DNA from: Antedon mediterranea
Lineage: Eukaryota; Animalia; Echinodermata
Direction: 5' to 3'
DNA length: 64,000 bases
NCBI RefSeq assembly: GCF_964355755.1
Contig: NC_092675.1
Location: 6,815,812-6,879,811, forward strand
In this document: positions 38,501-52,681 of the stretch, piece after piece
Layout: every line of letters begins with the position of its first letter
Numbering within the stretch: position 1 is the first letter of the stretch
Position numbers and translations under genes: made by a program
Notes under the pieces: generated by a model
Told to the model about the DNA's origin: nothing
Seen by the model: the letters and a program-made list of their open reading frames with translations, nothing else
Databases searched by the model: none

Positions 38501-40146
38501 GTCCTTCCACTTAAGTATTAAAGTTAATGCCTTCTACCCACTTAAATTTCAACCTCACACCCACATTCTAAAGGAACTTTCTTAAACCAAACAGCACCCA
38601 CTCACACTTTGAAGCCTAGGCATTTTCTGCATATTCTAAAACAAATTTATGAATTAAATTATTTCCATTTGTTTCTATAATGCTTACTCAATGATTTAAA
38701 CTATTACATAAGCATTCAAAACAGCAGTGCATTGATATGATGCTTTGATCATTTACCAATCGCTATTCATCCCTTAATCTATTCGTGCGTATAATGTCAA
38801 TGAAATTATGTATTACGTTCAAACTGAAGAGTATTTGTTTTTATCTCTGCAACTTCTTCTGGTTACCATGTATGTTATGTTTTAATGTTAATTGTTGTTA
38901 TATTTACTACTGGTATAAATTTCCGTAATGACCAATGCAGCAATCTGAATTTAATTTACACTCGTTGGTGATAGGGTGATGATATTTGACCGTAGACGGA
39001 TGGTTGTGAATAAAAAGAGCACCCAATACAATTAACGTATTGAGATAGAGTAGCAGAGGCAGAGCCATTACATATCCGACCATGGGGGTTGTGTTTATTA
39101 TTTACACGTACGGTCATCATCAAATAAGCTAATGTATTCATTAGAATAAAGGCCTATAGATACATTAAGTTATTATAATATGACCTAATTCACACACATT
39201 TCTAGTTTATATAAGACATACGCCATTATCTTTCTCCATGCATCGTGCCGCATGAATACATTATTACATAAGCCTACGGTATGCAATACATTTTATTAGT
39301 GAATATGTAGTCTATAATTCATGTATTTCTTATTTTACAGAAATGTTTATATATATTATTATTATAATATGACTTATTGTATATTTATATATATTTATAC
39401 TGTATAACGGCTCGGTCTCCCTCAATTTGCGTAGGAGGAATGTGTAGGCGTACACGTGGTTAGTTAAACGAATTTCTTGGTATTTATCATTTCTAACACA
39501 AAATGTTTATTAGGCGGTGGCAATAATGAACTAAATACTATAATATCTATGATTCTCAATGTTATGTTGTAACGGGTAAAATAGAACCTTACTTACATAT
39601 TACTAGTGTGAACACTAAGATTATTAGGCCTATATTAGTATTGAGGATTGGAAGATGTTGAAGAATATAGCCTAATTAGTATTATTGGTAATGATTTATG
39701 ATGATGATGCTTATTAAATGTGGTACTAAAACAACGATGATGATTTAATCAAAATTGTCTCTACTTTATTAAGATGATAAAGAATTATGATATTATGATA
39801 CTGTGATGTATACAGTAAATATTTTACCTTATATGGTATCATGACGTACGACATTACTAGTGATGACGATACAGTTATCATTCTGAAGAAAGTGATCATT
39901 TACAATGATGATAATGCTAATGTATTTTCAACAATTATAATAATACTACAAAATTATCTTTGAAACGAGCACTCTTTCTTTGTTCTAAAGCTAACCCTGC
40001 CTCTGATTATCGTTGTAATTACCTGCATGTTGTAATTAGGAAGGATTAAAAAACTATATATGATAATAATACGGTATCAACATTACCATGTTTTACACAG
40101 TGAATCCGCATCTAATGGATAAACCAGGGACGGTGGCTTTACGGAT
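32570..40146 (-). CDS. CBARP: CBARP/BARP-like protein (voltage-gated Ca2+ channel beta-subunit-associated regulatory protein); 5' end not resolved
   Basis: Phase-consistent exons 40146-40087, 36658-36527, 36221-36160, 35850-35703 and last exon 35471-32570. Motifs YRELWKLRATFEL, RQMQGDSGYVSIE and RDYSIDEKTDKIFKEFLRQD match remembered vertebrate CBARP motifs (YRDIWSLRASLEL, LQMDSGYASIE, RDYSIDEKTDALFHEFLRHD); AGDKHHF resembles EGDFHHL. A further in-phase exon is likely at 52681-52596. Confidence 0.8.
36307..36462. mobile_element. hAT-type MITE with 8-bp TSD
   Basis: TIRs CAGTGGCGTAA / TTACGCCACTG; flanks TAAATGAT / TAAACGAT. Related copies at ~38200-38401 and ~54220-54330. Confidence 0.8.
37366..37452. 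repeat. Short tandem repeat (GATGCACGTTCGCA/GATGCACATTCCTA)
   Basis: Visible alternating 14-bp units. Confidence 0.8.
38200..38401. mobile_element. Degenerate copy of the CAGTGGCGTAA hAT MITE family
   Basis: Shares ggcctcggg...tttagcc...ttcgacat...gggcccc-ataag-tccgggcccct...gttacgccactg with 36307-36462. Confidence 0.65.
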
Positions 40147-40810
40147 CTGCAAGAAAAAAATACAGTTTCAATAAACATCTAGTACAATACAGATTAAAAA
40201 CTCAAAATCGAAAACCAAGACTCCAGCAAAAGTGTTTCGAGGATTCGAGTGAGGATGCACGTCCCGATGACTCCACATGCATCATACAATGCATTATTCG
40301 TGACGTCACTTGTTTCTGGGTTCTAGATCGTCGCAAATGGAAATCTCCGTAATAACTTCAGTAAGTCATTATGCATGTGTAAAGACTAAATGTCACGCCA
40401 AACAATAACGTTATTAGTACAATAATTACTCTTTAAAACAGTTATCAATAATTTAGATTTTAAAAACTGTAATTATTAGCATTAGTGATAACGCACTCGA
40501 TTCAGCTGTCACTAGATATATTCTAGCTGACTATCGCAAGTCATCTAGTATGGCTGTATATTAAATACGTAATATGACAGTTATAAGTAAATAAGGACAG
40601 ATTATAATGTTAGAACTGCTTCATTGAATGTGTACTTAGACTTCTCCACATTATGGCAATATTTCTCAAGTATTGTACCATGTATCACATCAGTATCATA
40701 AGGTCGGTTAATGGTTAGATAGGGTCTAACGATACAGAGTTTCACATGTGATGCTGTACCAATCAATTTGCCTATTCTGGACAACAAATACATACAGTAC
40801 ACTGGTTTAA

Positions 40811-41139
40811 AGATGTATTGGCCCCAAAAAACATAAACAATGATGAAGATAATTAAATCAGACTTTGAATAGGTTATTTTGTATAGTTTCAATCAAGTTA
40901 ATCGTTATTCGTAGATAAGATGTATAACGTTATTGCTTATAAAATAACATAAGGTTAAATCCAATTTTATTTTTTTTCAATTTTTAAAATCCAATTTTTG
41001 CTTTAAATTACAGTTTTTCAGGTAAATAAATGTTGTTTAGATCCAATTTTTGGTCAAAGTGGATAACTATTATGTTACATTATGGCATATTCAATTTAAA
41101 AAATTGTAAAAAATTATTTTTTAGATAGACAATATATCT
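40811..41139. mobile_element. Kolobok-like MITE, short subfamily
   Basis: TTAA|AGATGTATTGGCCCC...GACAATATATCT|TTAA; colinear with the other copies. Confidence 0.8.
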
Positions 41140-41899
41140 TTAATTGAAACTATTGTTATTTTTTTTCACTTTATATAATATATAAATATTACAAAATTAA
41201 ACAAACAGTGGAAAGAATTAGAAAACCTACGCGAAAAGAATATAAATATTATGCTATAATAAACATGCTTTGAATTAACAATCATTCAAACAGAATTATC
41301 TCCTGTATCAAAACATGGTTATCTGTCAAGTCATGGTTGATGGTTCAAAGATTACTAGAATAAGTGCAAGTCTTAGTTTTATACCAGAACGCGTAAGCCA
41401 AATATCCCGGATGGTGATTAAACAATAAAATATGACCGATAACACACCATAAAAATACAGCAATAAATATATATATAACATTAATAATATACAATATACG
41501 GGTAAAACAAACGAATACATAAGAGATATTAAAAAGCCACGTTATTAGTTTTAATCTATATGGATGCGAATCAGAATTGGACTATTACAACGAAAGTCAT
41601 GAGCATGATTTCTTGAAAAGCGTTGAGAAGTAGTCATGTTATAAGAAATGAAGATATTGAAATTTAGATGTAGCTTTCCGAGGAATGTAGTGTTACTTTG
41701 TTGACTCAGAGTTGTTTGAATAAAATACAAAGTAGTATACAACTAGTGTGGGTAATACATCTTTGTTTGTCATGTTGACCTGGTAAATAATAAATGAATA
41801 CAACTGAAAAACAATGAAGAGGAGGTGTTTTTGTATTAACTTTATTTCAGAAATCAATTAAATTTGTTTCTGATAAGTCTTCTAAAAATCATTCTACGG

Positions 41900-42032
41900 T
41901 TGCATTATGGGAGTATGTTTCCATACGTGTTTGATCCCAAAAAATACTGGGGTAATAATGCTTGTAAAGCGCCTTTGAGCATGATTACTCATGAAAAGGG
42001 CGCTATATAAATGTGATATTATATTATTATTT
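41900..42032 (+). mobile_element. 3' fragment of the CORE-SINE/L2-tail family
   Basis: tgcattatgggagtatgtttcca...tttgatccc...ctggggtaataatg...gcgctatataa(att)n is the reverse complement of 26160-26270. Confidence 0.65.
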
Positions 42033-43605
42033 AAATATCAATCAAACTAATCCAATACTTTTTTTTCTGCTGAAGATCTTAAAATAAATTACCTAATTTT
42101 AAAACTTTTAAATTTACATCTTTTTAAAGTTATATCAGTAATTTGAGTTTTGAACGACCTCTATAATTACCTTTAATTTACAGTTTTAGTTGCAAAAGTC
42201 AATTAACTAAATGATGGAACTAAAACTTTAAGACCCAAGACATGACCAAACCTAAACAAATACTTCATGAGGAAATGTTCTCGAATGATCGGAATCGAAC
42301 CGGTACTGGGTATGGTACTAGCGTTCCTGCTCCCAAAAGTTATCAATTCATAGAAGCACTGATGAAGAAAGTCTATCCGGTTGTTTTATAATTTTATAAT
42401 TCGAAATAATTTTAGGAGGGATTAGCAAAATAAATATGGTTTTCAAAATGTTTATTTTATCGTGAGGTGAAGAAACGTTTGTTGATTTGGCCTAACTTCA
42501 AGGTTCAATCAAATTTATAAAATTAAGAGTAAATTCTGCATACATTGTTATTAAATATTATATTATGATCTTGCTGTTATCATTACACTATTGAATGAAT
42601 AAATTATACCATTGTTACTAGGACTTACCATGACTAATGTATACAGAGTTAGTATTGGACATCTTTAGTGTTTATTATACAACAAAGCCTTTTTGCACGC
42701 GTCGTCCTAGTTTGCTTACCCGAGTTTCTACGTATTGTCTCGTAAACATAAACATAACGTTCAATTCATCCAAATTAATATAATCAAACTGCATATTGTT
42801 TTCTAAGTTTAGATTGGTGACGGATCAAGGCAATAGACGTATGACATGTAAATACTTTGCAACAAAAACAACAGAAGAAGAACGACTTTTCTTCATACAC
42901 TGTTGGATCTTGAATAAACAAATAATAATTATAATAAATAATAATGGGAATATGATTAATTACGTTTTGTTTTCTATTGATGAAGAATGAAGTCTTAATC
43001 CTGATTATTTGTTATACTTTGTTTTCATTTAAATAAATTATTTAATAAAATATAATTAAATAATTCCTATAATACAAGCACATTATTACTTTCGAAAGAT
43101 GAAGGCAAAACGTCGTCAATACATAACTATTTTGATAAATTGTAACTAAATCTATTAAAATAATCAATAAAGCTGCAAATCGATCATAAGTATTACCACC
43201 TCCAGTTTTCGACTTTAAACTTATAAACATGTTTATTGCATCCGGGATATTTCATTGATTTTCCTTACTATGACCAAGACAGTAATAAATGTTTACTATA
43301 CTATAATTGAAAAAAAGGACAAAGTTGTATCAGTTAAATTAATTCTTAGATAATACAGACATCGGTGTGTGTGGGATTTTCTGAGTAATACATGACTAAA
43401 AGGATATCATAGGATGTCTGTGTGGGTTTTGTAGGTACTAAAGTACAGTTGAAGAAACTGGCATTCAGTGTGATTTACAACGCGCGTGGGGTTTAACGCA
43501 CGCACGCACGTACATACAAATGCGCCTCAAATATTTGTGACAACATTCGTCTTCGAATACAGGCCACGATTATTCTCAATAAAAAATAACTACAAACTAA
43601 ACTTA

Positions 43606-43850
43606 AACTCTGTTTACACTATCAAACTAGTTTTACTAAAAACAAGATCATATACATGGCTGCAGTCGCGTGCGCAAATTTGAGTTAGTGTTTACCGACC
43701 GACCAACCGACCGACATAGTGAACTGTAGAGTCGCGTTTGCACGCGACTAAAAGGTATGGTGTGCCCAAATATGGTAGTGATATACCATCATCGTGTCCA
43801 TATAGGCACATCACATTATTTTGTCACATAAAGTTTATGTAAACAGAGTT
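43606..43850. mobile_element. AGCTCTGTCTACACT-family MITE interrupted by a ~115-bp insert (43640-43753)
   Basis: Arms actctgtttacactatcaaactagttt / gtaaacagagt. The insert contains (CCGA)n and a 3' hairpin. Confidence 0.6.
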
Positions 43851-46800
43851 TTAGATAATGTACACATCTATTTTTGTGTCCAATTGCGGCTCTAAATAAA
43901 ATCAAATAGAATACAGTAATACCACCACACACCTGTAAGTAACTAAAATGTGGGCGTGGTCTAGTCATATTATTATCTTTTGGGTATAGGCATTACATTT
44001 TGGGATTAACTCCATTTCCTTCTAATTTTATGGACATGAGTTTCTTAACAATTCTTCAGACCAGAGTATCATGCGCATTCGTTATCCTAGCAAGAAACAG
44101 AGAACACATCTTATAATCTCTATATTTGATGCTTTCTTCATATGACGGAACATCTTCCACAAAGTTTCACCGATAAGATGATCACCCACGTGAAATTTTA
44201 AAATCCAAGGTCTTCAGATTCTCCCACATTTTGCAAACTGATTGCGAATTTAATTTCAAAATGTACGTGATTGTTGGCGTGCCCTTGGGCAATCATGAAT
44301 ACATCGATCAAGATGAGATCGTAGTTGTGACGTCATCAGCCTTATTCAAACGAATTCATAACTCGAGGAAATTGATCATCTTTAATATGAACTGAATATT
44401 TTGGTTAGATATGTATTTTCATATGTACTAATCATAATATTGTAAAAATAATAAATAATATAAGCTCGTTTGTTTACTTAATTTATGTTGTTGTCTTTAC
44501 AAGCTTTAATATAATATCATAAAGATGTTATTAAGTATATAATAATAATAATATTCATAGATTTTATACTATAGAGGCCTTTAGTATTATCTATACATAC
44601 AATATTAATGCGGTAATGTAAACAACATCGAGTTTATTACTACTATACTACCACGCCTATGTTTGTAATAACAGGTTGTCATATTAACGACAACATGATA
44701 AGGATAATTATTACTAAATAATTCATGTTTTTAATTTATTTTTTATATTCCACACCTGTCAGCCAATTACACAGGGTACTGGTAAAGGATAGTATTACAG
44801 TACAATATACCATCCACCAATGCATTATAATTCATAATAGAGTTAACATTGTAAACATTTAATAGCAAGGAAATGTATTATTATGACAATTAAGTACTAA
44901 TTAATTAACTCCAAAAAGTAGTATAAATAAGTCTGTACGACGAGATCGAGTCTATTGTGAAAAATAAATTAAAACAAATAAATAAATAATTAAATAACTA
45001 CATACTTCTTACATGGCATACTGTAACTATGGTAATATTTATATAGCAATAGAAGCTATGTAAGTAACATAATGCAGGTATCTGGGTCCTATGATGTTCA
45101 ATTTCTTTTATTTTGGAAATAATTATATCTATTATATAAATACAAAACAAATAAATATTATACAAAAAAATGATATCAAAAATACAGTACCCTGAATATG
45201 TATATATGTAGAAATAAACACTGAAGTTTGAATAAGAGAATAACAAGAATGATTAAGAAAGACACATTGACACTCAGGAAGAATGAAATGAAAGATTAGA
45301 CCATTTTGGAAAGAAAGAAACATTGAAAGAATAAAATCAAATCAGGTGGAAGGATACAAATGAACATTCGAATACGTGAAGAGAGTAAAGGAATAAACAA
45401 GTGACATGATAATAAATATGAGACAAATAGATGTGGCAAGGTCATGTAAATTATAGAAGAGATTAGATGGAATGGAAGGAAAGAAATATGGAGAGATAAG
45501 TAGAGAAATTTGCTATGAATCTACAAGAGAGCAACTGAAGAAGAAAGTATTATGTATATAATATATTAATATAATTAAGTTATTACCTACAAACCTATTT
45601 TAACATTTAATTGAGAAACAAAGTCTACACATAGAGGGCCTTCGCGCTCGAGCATAATGTAAAGCGTTTACGGACAGCAGGAAAAAATAATTTCTATTTT
45701 GCGCCAAATACGGTTCTGATTATCCCAAGGACCATTCGTATCTATCAATTTGTATATTCAGTAACTTTTTATGAATATTCATTAATTAATAATCATTGAT
45801 GACGTATTGACGCACTGAAGTTATGAGTCGGGTATGATTTGAATTACACTCTGTAATATTGATTACTTTATTAACGCCATAGATCATTCAAAATACAAAC
45901 TACATTTATAGACTAGTTGCCTTTCATAGATCAGGCGAGCAGTCTCGGAATCGATACGACAAGTCAGCGATAATAGCATTACTGAGAGGAAATTACCAGC
46001 GATGTGTGAACACTGTATCGTCTATATTTAATTCATTCACTCACTTACCTGATTAGGGAATAGAATTCTACGTCAACACTATCCTAGACATCGTATAATT
46101 CAGCGACTAAAATCCATGATATCCTATGATGGGTAAGAGTGAAGCAACTAAGGCACGGCTTCTCGGATAGGCGATTGCACTGGAGAATGAGTAGAAATAT
46201 GCAGATTGCAATTAAATACTGTGCTTTATTAACATTTTCTTCACGGGTGCATTCGAGCGTAACATGTTCTAAACAACACTGCTACTGCTTCTCAAAAAGG
46301 AATCATCGGTACATACGTCATGCTTACGTTTGTAGGTTACCATGGTTGTATAACGACAACCTTCAATCATTATCAGTATTAGGAATCGGTTTTACTCAAT
46401 ATACTATCTTAGAAAAAAACGTAAAGGATGAATTTAAAGCCATTTCAATAAAACCGTTTGGATTGTAATTGGGAAGACAGCCAGGTGGTGCAGAAGAGTA
46501 TTTATTTAAGCCTAATATACAATACTACAATACATATTATGTATGGCTCATGATTTCTAACTTTTTTATTGTTTATTATTATTATCGAATTTGAGGTCTT
46601 AACAAACGAAACTAATACAAACCTTTCATGTTTCATTATGAAATCAATTATATTATAGTACTATTAAATAAAATAAAAATAGTAAACATGAATGATAAGA
46701 AGAAAAGATGTTACGGTTAACATACATTTTTTTTTAAGAAAGCCGACCCGATCTATACTATCATTGTTTCAACACTGTTTTGTATCTTGCTGCGTTGTTC

Positions 46801-47780
46801 TTTTTATTGTATGTGTCCTGTCCTCAGGCATTTGAAATACATTTGAATACAGTATCCTCACACATGACATAATTTATCTATTAGGCCTATAGGTTCATGA
46901 TACAAGATTAAAGAAGTCTTATTTTGAAAAAAAATTGTAATGTTTATGAAATTGAGGAAATATAAACCATATGGACATTTGATTTTTTTAAAAAGGGGGA
47001 AGAAAGCAAATGGAAATATTTTATGGAACTGAATTGATTGCCAAAGAACGCGAACTGAATGTTGAAGAAATGTTCAGAGTTATTGTGGATCGGACTATTG
47101 AAAAGCGAAGAGAAAATTGAAAGGAAAAAAGAATAATAGAAAAGGACTAAATGTAATGTGTTTTACTGATTATTCCTCTTTATGTGTTAAATAACAGGTA
47201 AAATACTTTTGGATGGTCCTTTCACAGTGGATAAACAAAATATGAAGATATCTGTTTTGTAAGAAGCGGTAATCATTAAAAATAAAATAAGTTCTTTTTG
47301 TTATTAATAAAGAAAAATAAAAATTCTATTTCCGTGATGATATATTTGCTACCAGCCAAAACCTTAGAGTAATAATCATCGTAGGCGTATCTCAAAGAAC
47401 ATAAACCCACGCTCTCAGTGGGCAACAGAAAACAATGTAATGCAATAAGACAGATGCTTTTTGTCTGATTAAGGAGAGTTATGAGTTCTTTCTTCTTCTG
47501 ATTTTCATCTCCTGCTCTGCAATTAACCTACTCTGGTGCTTACTATTAATAGCGCTCTAACGGACTTTTCATTCGGAAACTACATTAGAACAACAGTATT
47601 CTTGCACACAACACAACTAATAGGCCTATGTTATTGTATTACTGTAGTATTGAAGAAAAACATCAATGCTTCTAGACTGAACAATCGAATTAGTTTCTAA
47701 TTTAAAGATTTGATTATACGCCAAATTATAAACGTGTTGGTCACGCAAATTGTCATGAATCTGTAGATTTCGCACTCTAA

Positions 47781-47913
47781 AGCTCTGTCTACACTATCAA
47801 ACCTTATGTGACAAAAAATGACATGTGCCCATATATGGACACGATGATGTCATATTACTACCTTATTTGGGCACACTTTGTTGTCAAACTAGTTTGATAG
47901 TGAAGACAGAGCG
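47781..47913. mobile_element. Harbinger-like MITE (AGCTCTGTCTACACTATCAAAC termini)
   Basis: TAA|AGCTCTGTCTACACTATCAAAC...GTTTGATAGTGAAGACAGAGC. Confidence 0.75.
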
Positions 47914-48897
47914 TGGAGGAAGGTTTTCTATGATTGGTCAGAATAATTCATATGTATATGCTTTGGTCGTATTTTGGTCGATTTTCAATAACATTTAGAA
48001 GCGTAGTAGCCACAACTTTAATGAACACAAGTCATTCAAAAGACATTTTAAAATGTTAGGCCTCGGCACCTCTATCTATACTTCAAAATAGGACAGTGTA
48101 GTATTCACAAATGAGGGTGGCACTGAGGTGGATGTAACTCCTCACACAGGAGATATTGTGGTTTAGGCGGTTCGCCTTCAAAGTGATGGCGTTGAATATG
48201 TTATTGATATCACTGAGTGTATGCTTAGTTACGAACGCTACAGACACATCTAGAACATATCGATCATGTATGTGTTAATACTACATATGACGTAATCGCA
48301 GAACATGTAGCATATATTATTGTTTAATGATATAACAAATGATAAAGGTCATTAATAATTATTTTGTTTTCTTTTCATTATTATTAAAATATAAAATTGT
48401 AAACTAATGTGGAATTCACAGTCACAAAAAAAAGTTGCCAAAAACAAGATCAAAACAAGATCACATAAAATGAAAAATCGGTAGTTAATCCGCTTTTCTC
48501 GAAGTAGAAACACTAGTAAGGTACTTTAGAATTGTGTTGTTTCATCAGCTATTTTGGTACACATTACAATTTAAGGCTTTGAATGAATTCGGTGTTGTAT
48601 CACGTAGACCTTTTCGTTGATCTGTTGTCGTATAATCGAATTAAGATTATGTTTCCTATCTATAAACTCTTAATATACTTAACTCTGTATTTTATTATTT
48701 GTATTGTCAATTGTGGCGGCATTATTTTTTGAATACATTTGAATTTTGATAATTGATTGCGAGTAAGTAAATCAGTAGTATTGTTGTGTTTGTTTTCACC
48801 ATAACTGGCGCTTAGACAATTGACGATAGTAAAGATTGTAATATCAGTCTTTGACGAAAGTTAGTAACGTCACAGAGGAATCGGATTATTTCACGAG

Positions 48898-49021
48898 CAA
48901 GCCGAACGAACACGAACAGTACACGAATAGGCTTGAATATTGAGAATTCGATCGTTTGGGAACAAGCCGAACGAACACGAACAGTACACGAATATGCTCG
49001 AATAATGAGAATTCGATCGTT
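48898..49021. repeat. Direct duplication, 2 x ~65 bp
   Basis: caagccgaacgaacacgaacagtacacgaata...gagaattcgatcgtt at 48898 and 48963. Confidence 0.8.
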
Positions 49022-52000
49022 CACGTTCTTGATGTATAAATGTTAAATTTTTATGAGTGACACATTTTTTATAACGTTATTTACAATTGGTGACAAAAAT
49101 CTTAAAGGAATCAGTCTAACGCTTAAGATTTAATTGTTTTTAAAGTTCAAATTATTTTGGTTGAACAACTGCTAAATTACAATCGTCGTTGCGTTTAAGA
49201 CCAGTCGATATTGTTTAATCATGGGCAAAATTGTTTTACACAATGATGTGAAAATGGCCAGTGCATGACGTATAAGAACCCGGATGGAATACATAACCTG
49301 ATGAATACAATGTTTTAATGATTGAAAGATCTATTGTGATTTATGCGATGCTATAACGCGTTACCATTTGACGCAACGCAAGGACGTAGTCTCGCCGTAA
49401 CTGATTTGACCAATCATAACATCTTTTTCTCGGCACTGCATCGGATTTCTCAAGAAATGAAAACTATTGTCGTATGTGAACCCACAGCACATAGAACCAC
49501 CTGATAATAACAACTCGACGATTATCTAAACTGTAGTTTGTGGTTGTCAACTCACTTGCGTTGCGCATACGTCGTCTGCGTTGCGTCCAAGTGATAACGC
49601 TGTTTTATTTGCATCGAGAAAAGCGGTTGTAGTCACTCGCTGCTGTTTTATTTTAAGTAGAATCATCCCGTATAAACCTATATTGCATGTGTAAAGGGAT
49701 ATATATACTGAAAATGCTATTTTCCTTGTGTAAGGCCGGTTTTCCACTAGGTGAACTTATTCATGCGAATCGAAAAGTGTTATGCGCATACGTATTTTTT
49801 ATATTTTCATCTACTTTTTATGACGTGAAAAATGCGCAACAAATCGAAACTCGGCATTTAGGTACATTCCTTTTTACTAATAAATGTGAACTTAAATTGA
49901 ATTTTCAACAACTAACGTTGGTGTGTTTTAATTCCATGGCATGTGTTGTAAAAACAGGTCCATATACCATATATACACATAACACGGACTCCAAAGTTGT
50001 TTTTTTTTTAATCGTTTAAGCCTAATCATGTATTTATACTTATGAATATATTTCCTGACAAATAACAATAATCTGGCAAATTAATGTTCGTCACAAAAAT
50101 ATATATAAAAAAAGCTAATTTTAAAAGGATCTTGGCTAAACTCTGAAAAAATCCGGGCAGTCAAATTGCTAAAAGTGACTCTTGCTACTACTGTATGCAA
50201 CTAAATAAGACCGTACAAACGAAATTTATTGAAAGTTCATTCTTCAATATATTAAGAAATCGACGAGTGACTCATTGTATTGCGTGCCTACAACCGTAGT
50301 TCTCATTAAATGTGTCCTGTTATAATATCGGACTTCATATTTACGTAAGTTGCAATAGTATGTGGTTAATTAGAGTCGTATTCAGACGAATATTATCTTC
50401 TGAAATGTCAATATTTAACGAACAATACAATGTCGCATTGGGTTAAAGTCTCATTTGATGTTTTAGATTGTAATATTCTGTAAGGTCTAGCAATTTAATT
50501 TCAAGATATTGAACTTGCTATTCAGGATCAAAATAAGGAATTTTGTTAAACGGTTTAAAATTAAGTCGATAACTAATAACGTATTTGGAATATGTATGTG
50601 GTATTATTATGGAAACAACCGATGTTAATTATATTTTTAATAATAATAATAACAAAAAAAATTATCCGATACAAGCCTAGCGACAATAAACAGCCTGACC
50701 ATATCGTGTCTGCAAACCTGGTGTTTTATTTTATAATGAGAAATCATTATAGAGGGTTAGCTGTAAGTTTATATTTAGGTATATCATATATAGATATTTT
50801 ATCTAGACATGATACCACATACCGTACGAGAATCTGCTGAACTGGTTTTAAGACAGCTTCGTGTAAAAGTGCGCAATCAATTCCATCATGCGTCTAAGCC
50901 ATTTTACTGTTGTTGCGAACCGTGTATTATAATATCGATTTAAAGATTGGATTACACACCATACTGTGAAGGTGTACGCTAATACCAGAGTGATATCCAA
51001 TAGATCACCATTATTGTTTGAATTACTAGGCATTAGCCTACATGAGTCTTGAAAATTGTTGTTAAAATATTAGTACACAGTACGTAGCCTATTAGGTCAA
51101 CGCAAAAATTGTATCGTGTTAAAACTCAACAATTATTGCCGAAATTCGACAAATCTACGAGCTTTCGTGTATTGTTTGATTTCATTTAAACAAACAAATT
51201 AATCATGCATTTCTCAGGTCATGTTTTTGTCATGAATGATCTTTAACAATAAATGATCAATTCAAATGTTCTTACGTCACGATGGCGCGTATCGACATCA
51301 TTATGCGCTAAGGTAATAACCAATAATAGCGACCTACACCAGGGGAACCTAATATCCATTAGGCATTGAATGATTAATTATTGAATGGCTAGTCAATTAA
51401 CAGGTTCAGGTATGATACATGCTTACAGTGGCTTTTTCTCGAGTATTGAAACATAGGCCTACTATACATTTACATTTATGAGTAATATTTTATGGTTTTT
51501 TAATCTTTATTAATAAACTATTTGCAAGATATATAAATTACATTTCCTGTACGTTGTTCACATACCAGTGACGTCATGTCAATTCATTTTGCACATGCGG
51601 TGATTTCAGGACGTGCTTATTCTCACTCGATTCCTCGGCATGGTTTTGGCGAATTCTAGGTTCAGGTCCACGATTCGTAGGTCGTCGCCGTATTAGGCCA
51701 ATTCGTGTATCGGTTATGTCGTTAGTTCAATTAATTCTTACGTAACTCACACATGTACGTATACATGTTTGCTCGAGCCTATATAATAATCTAGATTTAG
51801 GACGCAACGCAAGAGCCGTAAGCGCAACATCAGTGAGTTGACCAATCAATTATTCGAACTGTCGCTTGTCATTGGTCAACTCACTTCGTCTATGAACTTG
51901 ATTTGTGTAATTTGTGTGTAGTGTAAACCACGCTTGGTGCCGGGATCTACCCGACGGAGGGGCAACGTGTCCAACGTGCCGGTGTCAATCTATCTGAGGC

Positions 52001-52595
52001 TTCCCTCTCCTTAGATAAGCACCACCTTTGTGAAAGAGCATGCCACATCTCATCACCGGATTATAATAATAAAGGTGCATGATATGCTAGACGAATGCAT
52101 GTTTATGTATGACACGCTATAGAAGATTACATATGCTTATCTATATGACACTGTGATGATAATGTTATAGACAAATCTATGTTTATTATGAGGCTGTGAG
52201 GAGGCCAGGATAATGCAGATCAGAAGCTGATTCTATGTTTGCAATGTCTCCTCTTTAGAGCGTTTCTACCTAACAGCGAACGATTTTGATCATTTGCATA
52301 TTATCATTTTCCGTCGATTTATATATTATACAATAGACATATTATAGTCCGTGATTATGTCATGATGAGTATCCATTTATGTTACAATATCACCCGCAAT
52401 TCTAGAATCTAAGACCTACATCTAGAAAAAACCGATGACGTCATAACTTAGGTAAGAAAAGATTCAGGTCTTTGTTTGGTTAGGGTGTGATATCTAGAAA
52501 TTGCTTGTTAACCGTGAATGACTGAAAGACTATTCCAGTACACTGATCATGTCAAATATTTGATTTATAGTCATGTTAAAATTAATCAAACTTAC

Positions 52596-52681
52596 CTAGG
52601 CCCTCGCACGTTGCAGTTCGGTGAACGTGGTCGTCCAATGGATGATAACAGCCTTTTAGGCACGCTGCATGAGAAGTGCGC
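52596..52681 (-). CDS. Probable upstream exon of the CBARP-like gene
   Basis: Strong ttttAG acceptor and AG|gtaagt donor. Open in the frame (AHFSCSVPKRLLSSIGRPRSPNCNVRGP) that splices in phase 2 to exon 40146-40087. Confidence 0.45.

Noticed and set aside
46049-46130. Coding exon of the CBARP-like gene (strong CAG|gtaagt donor on the minus strand)
   Set aside because: Stops occur in all three frames shortly upstream; at most a non-coding alternative first exon.
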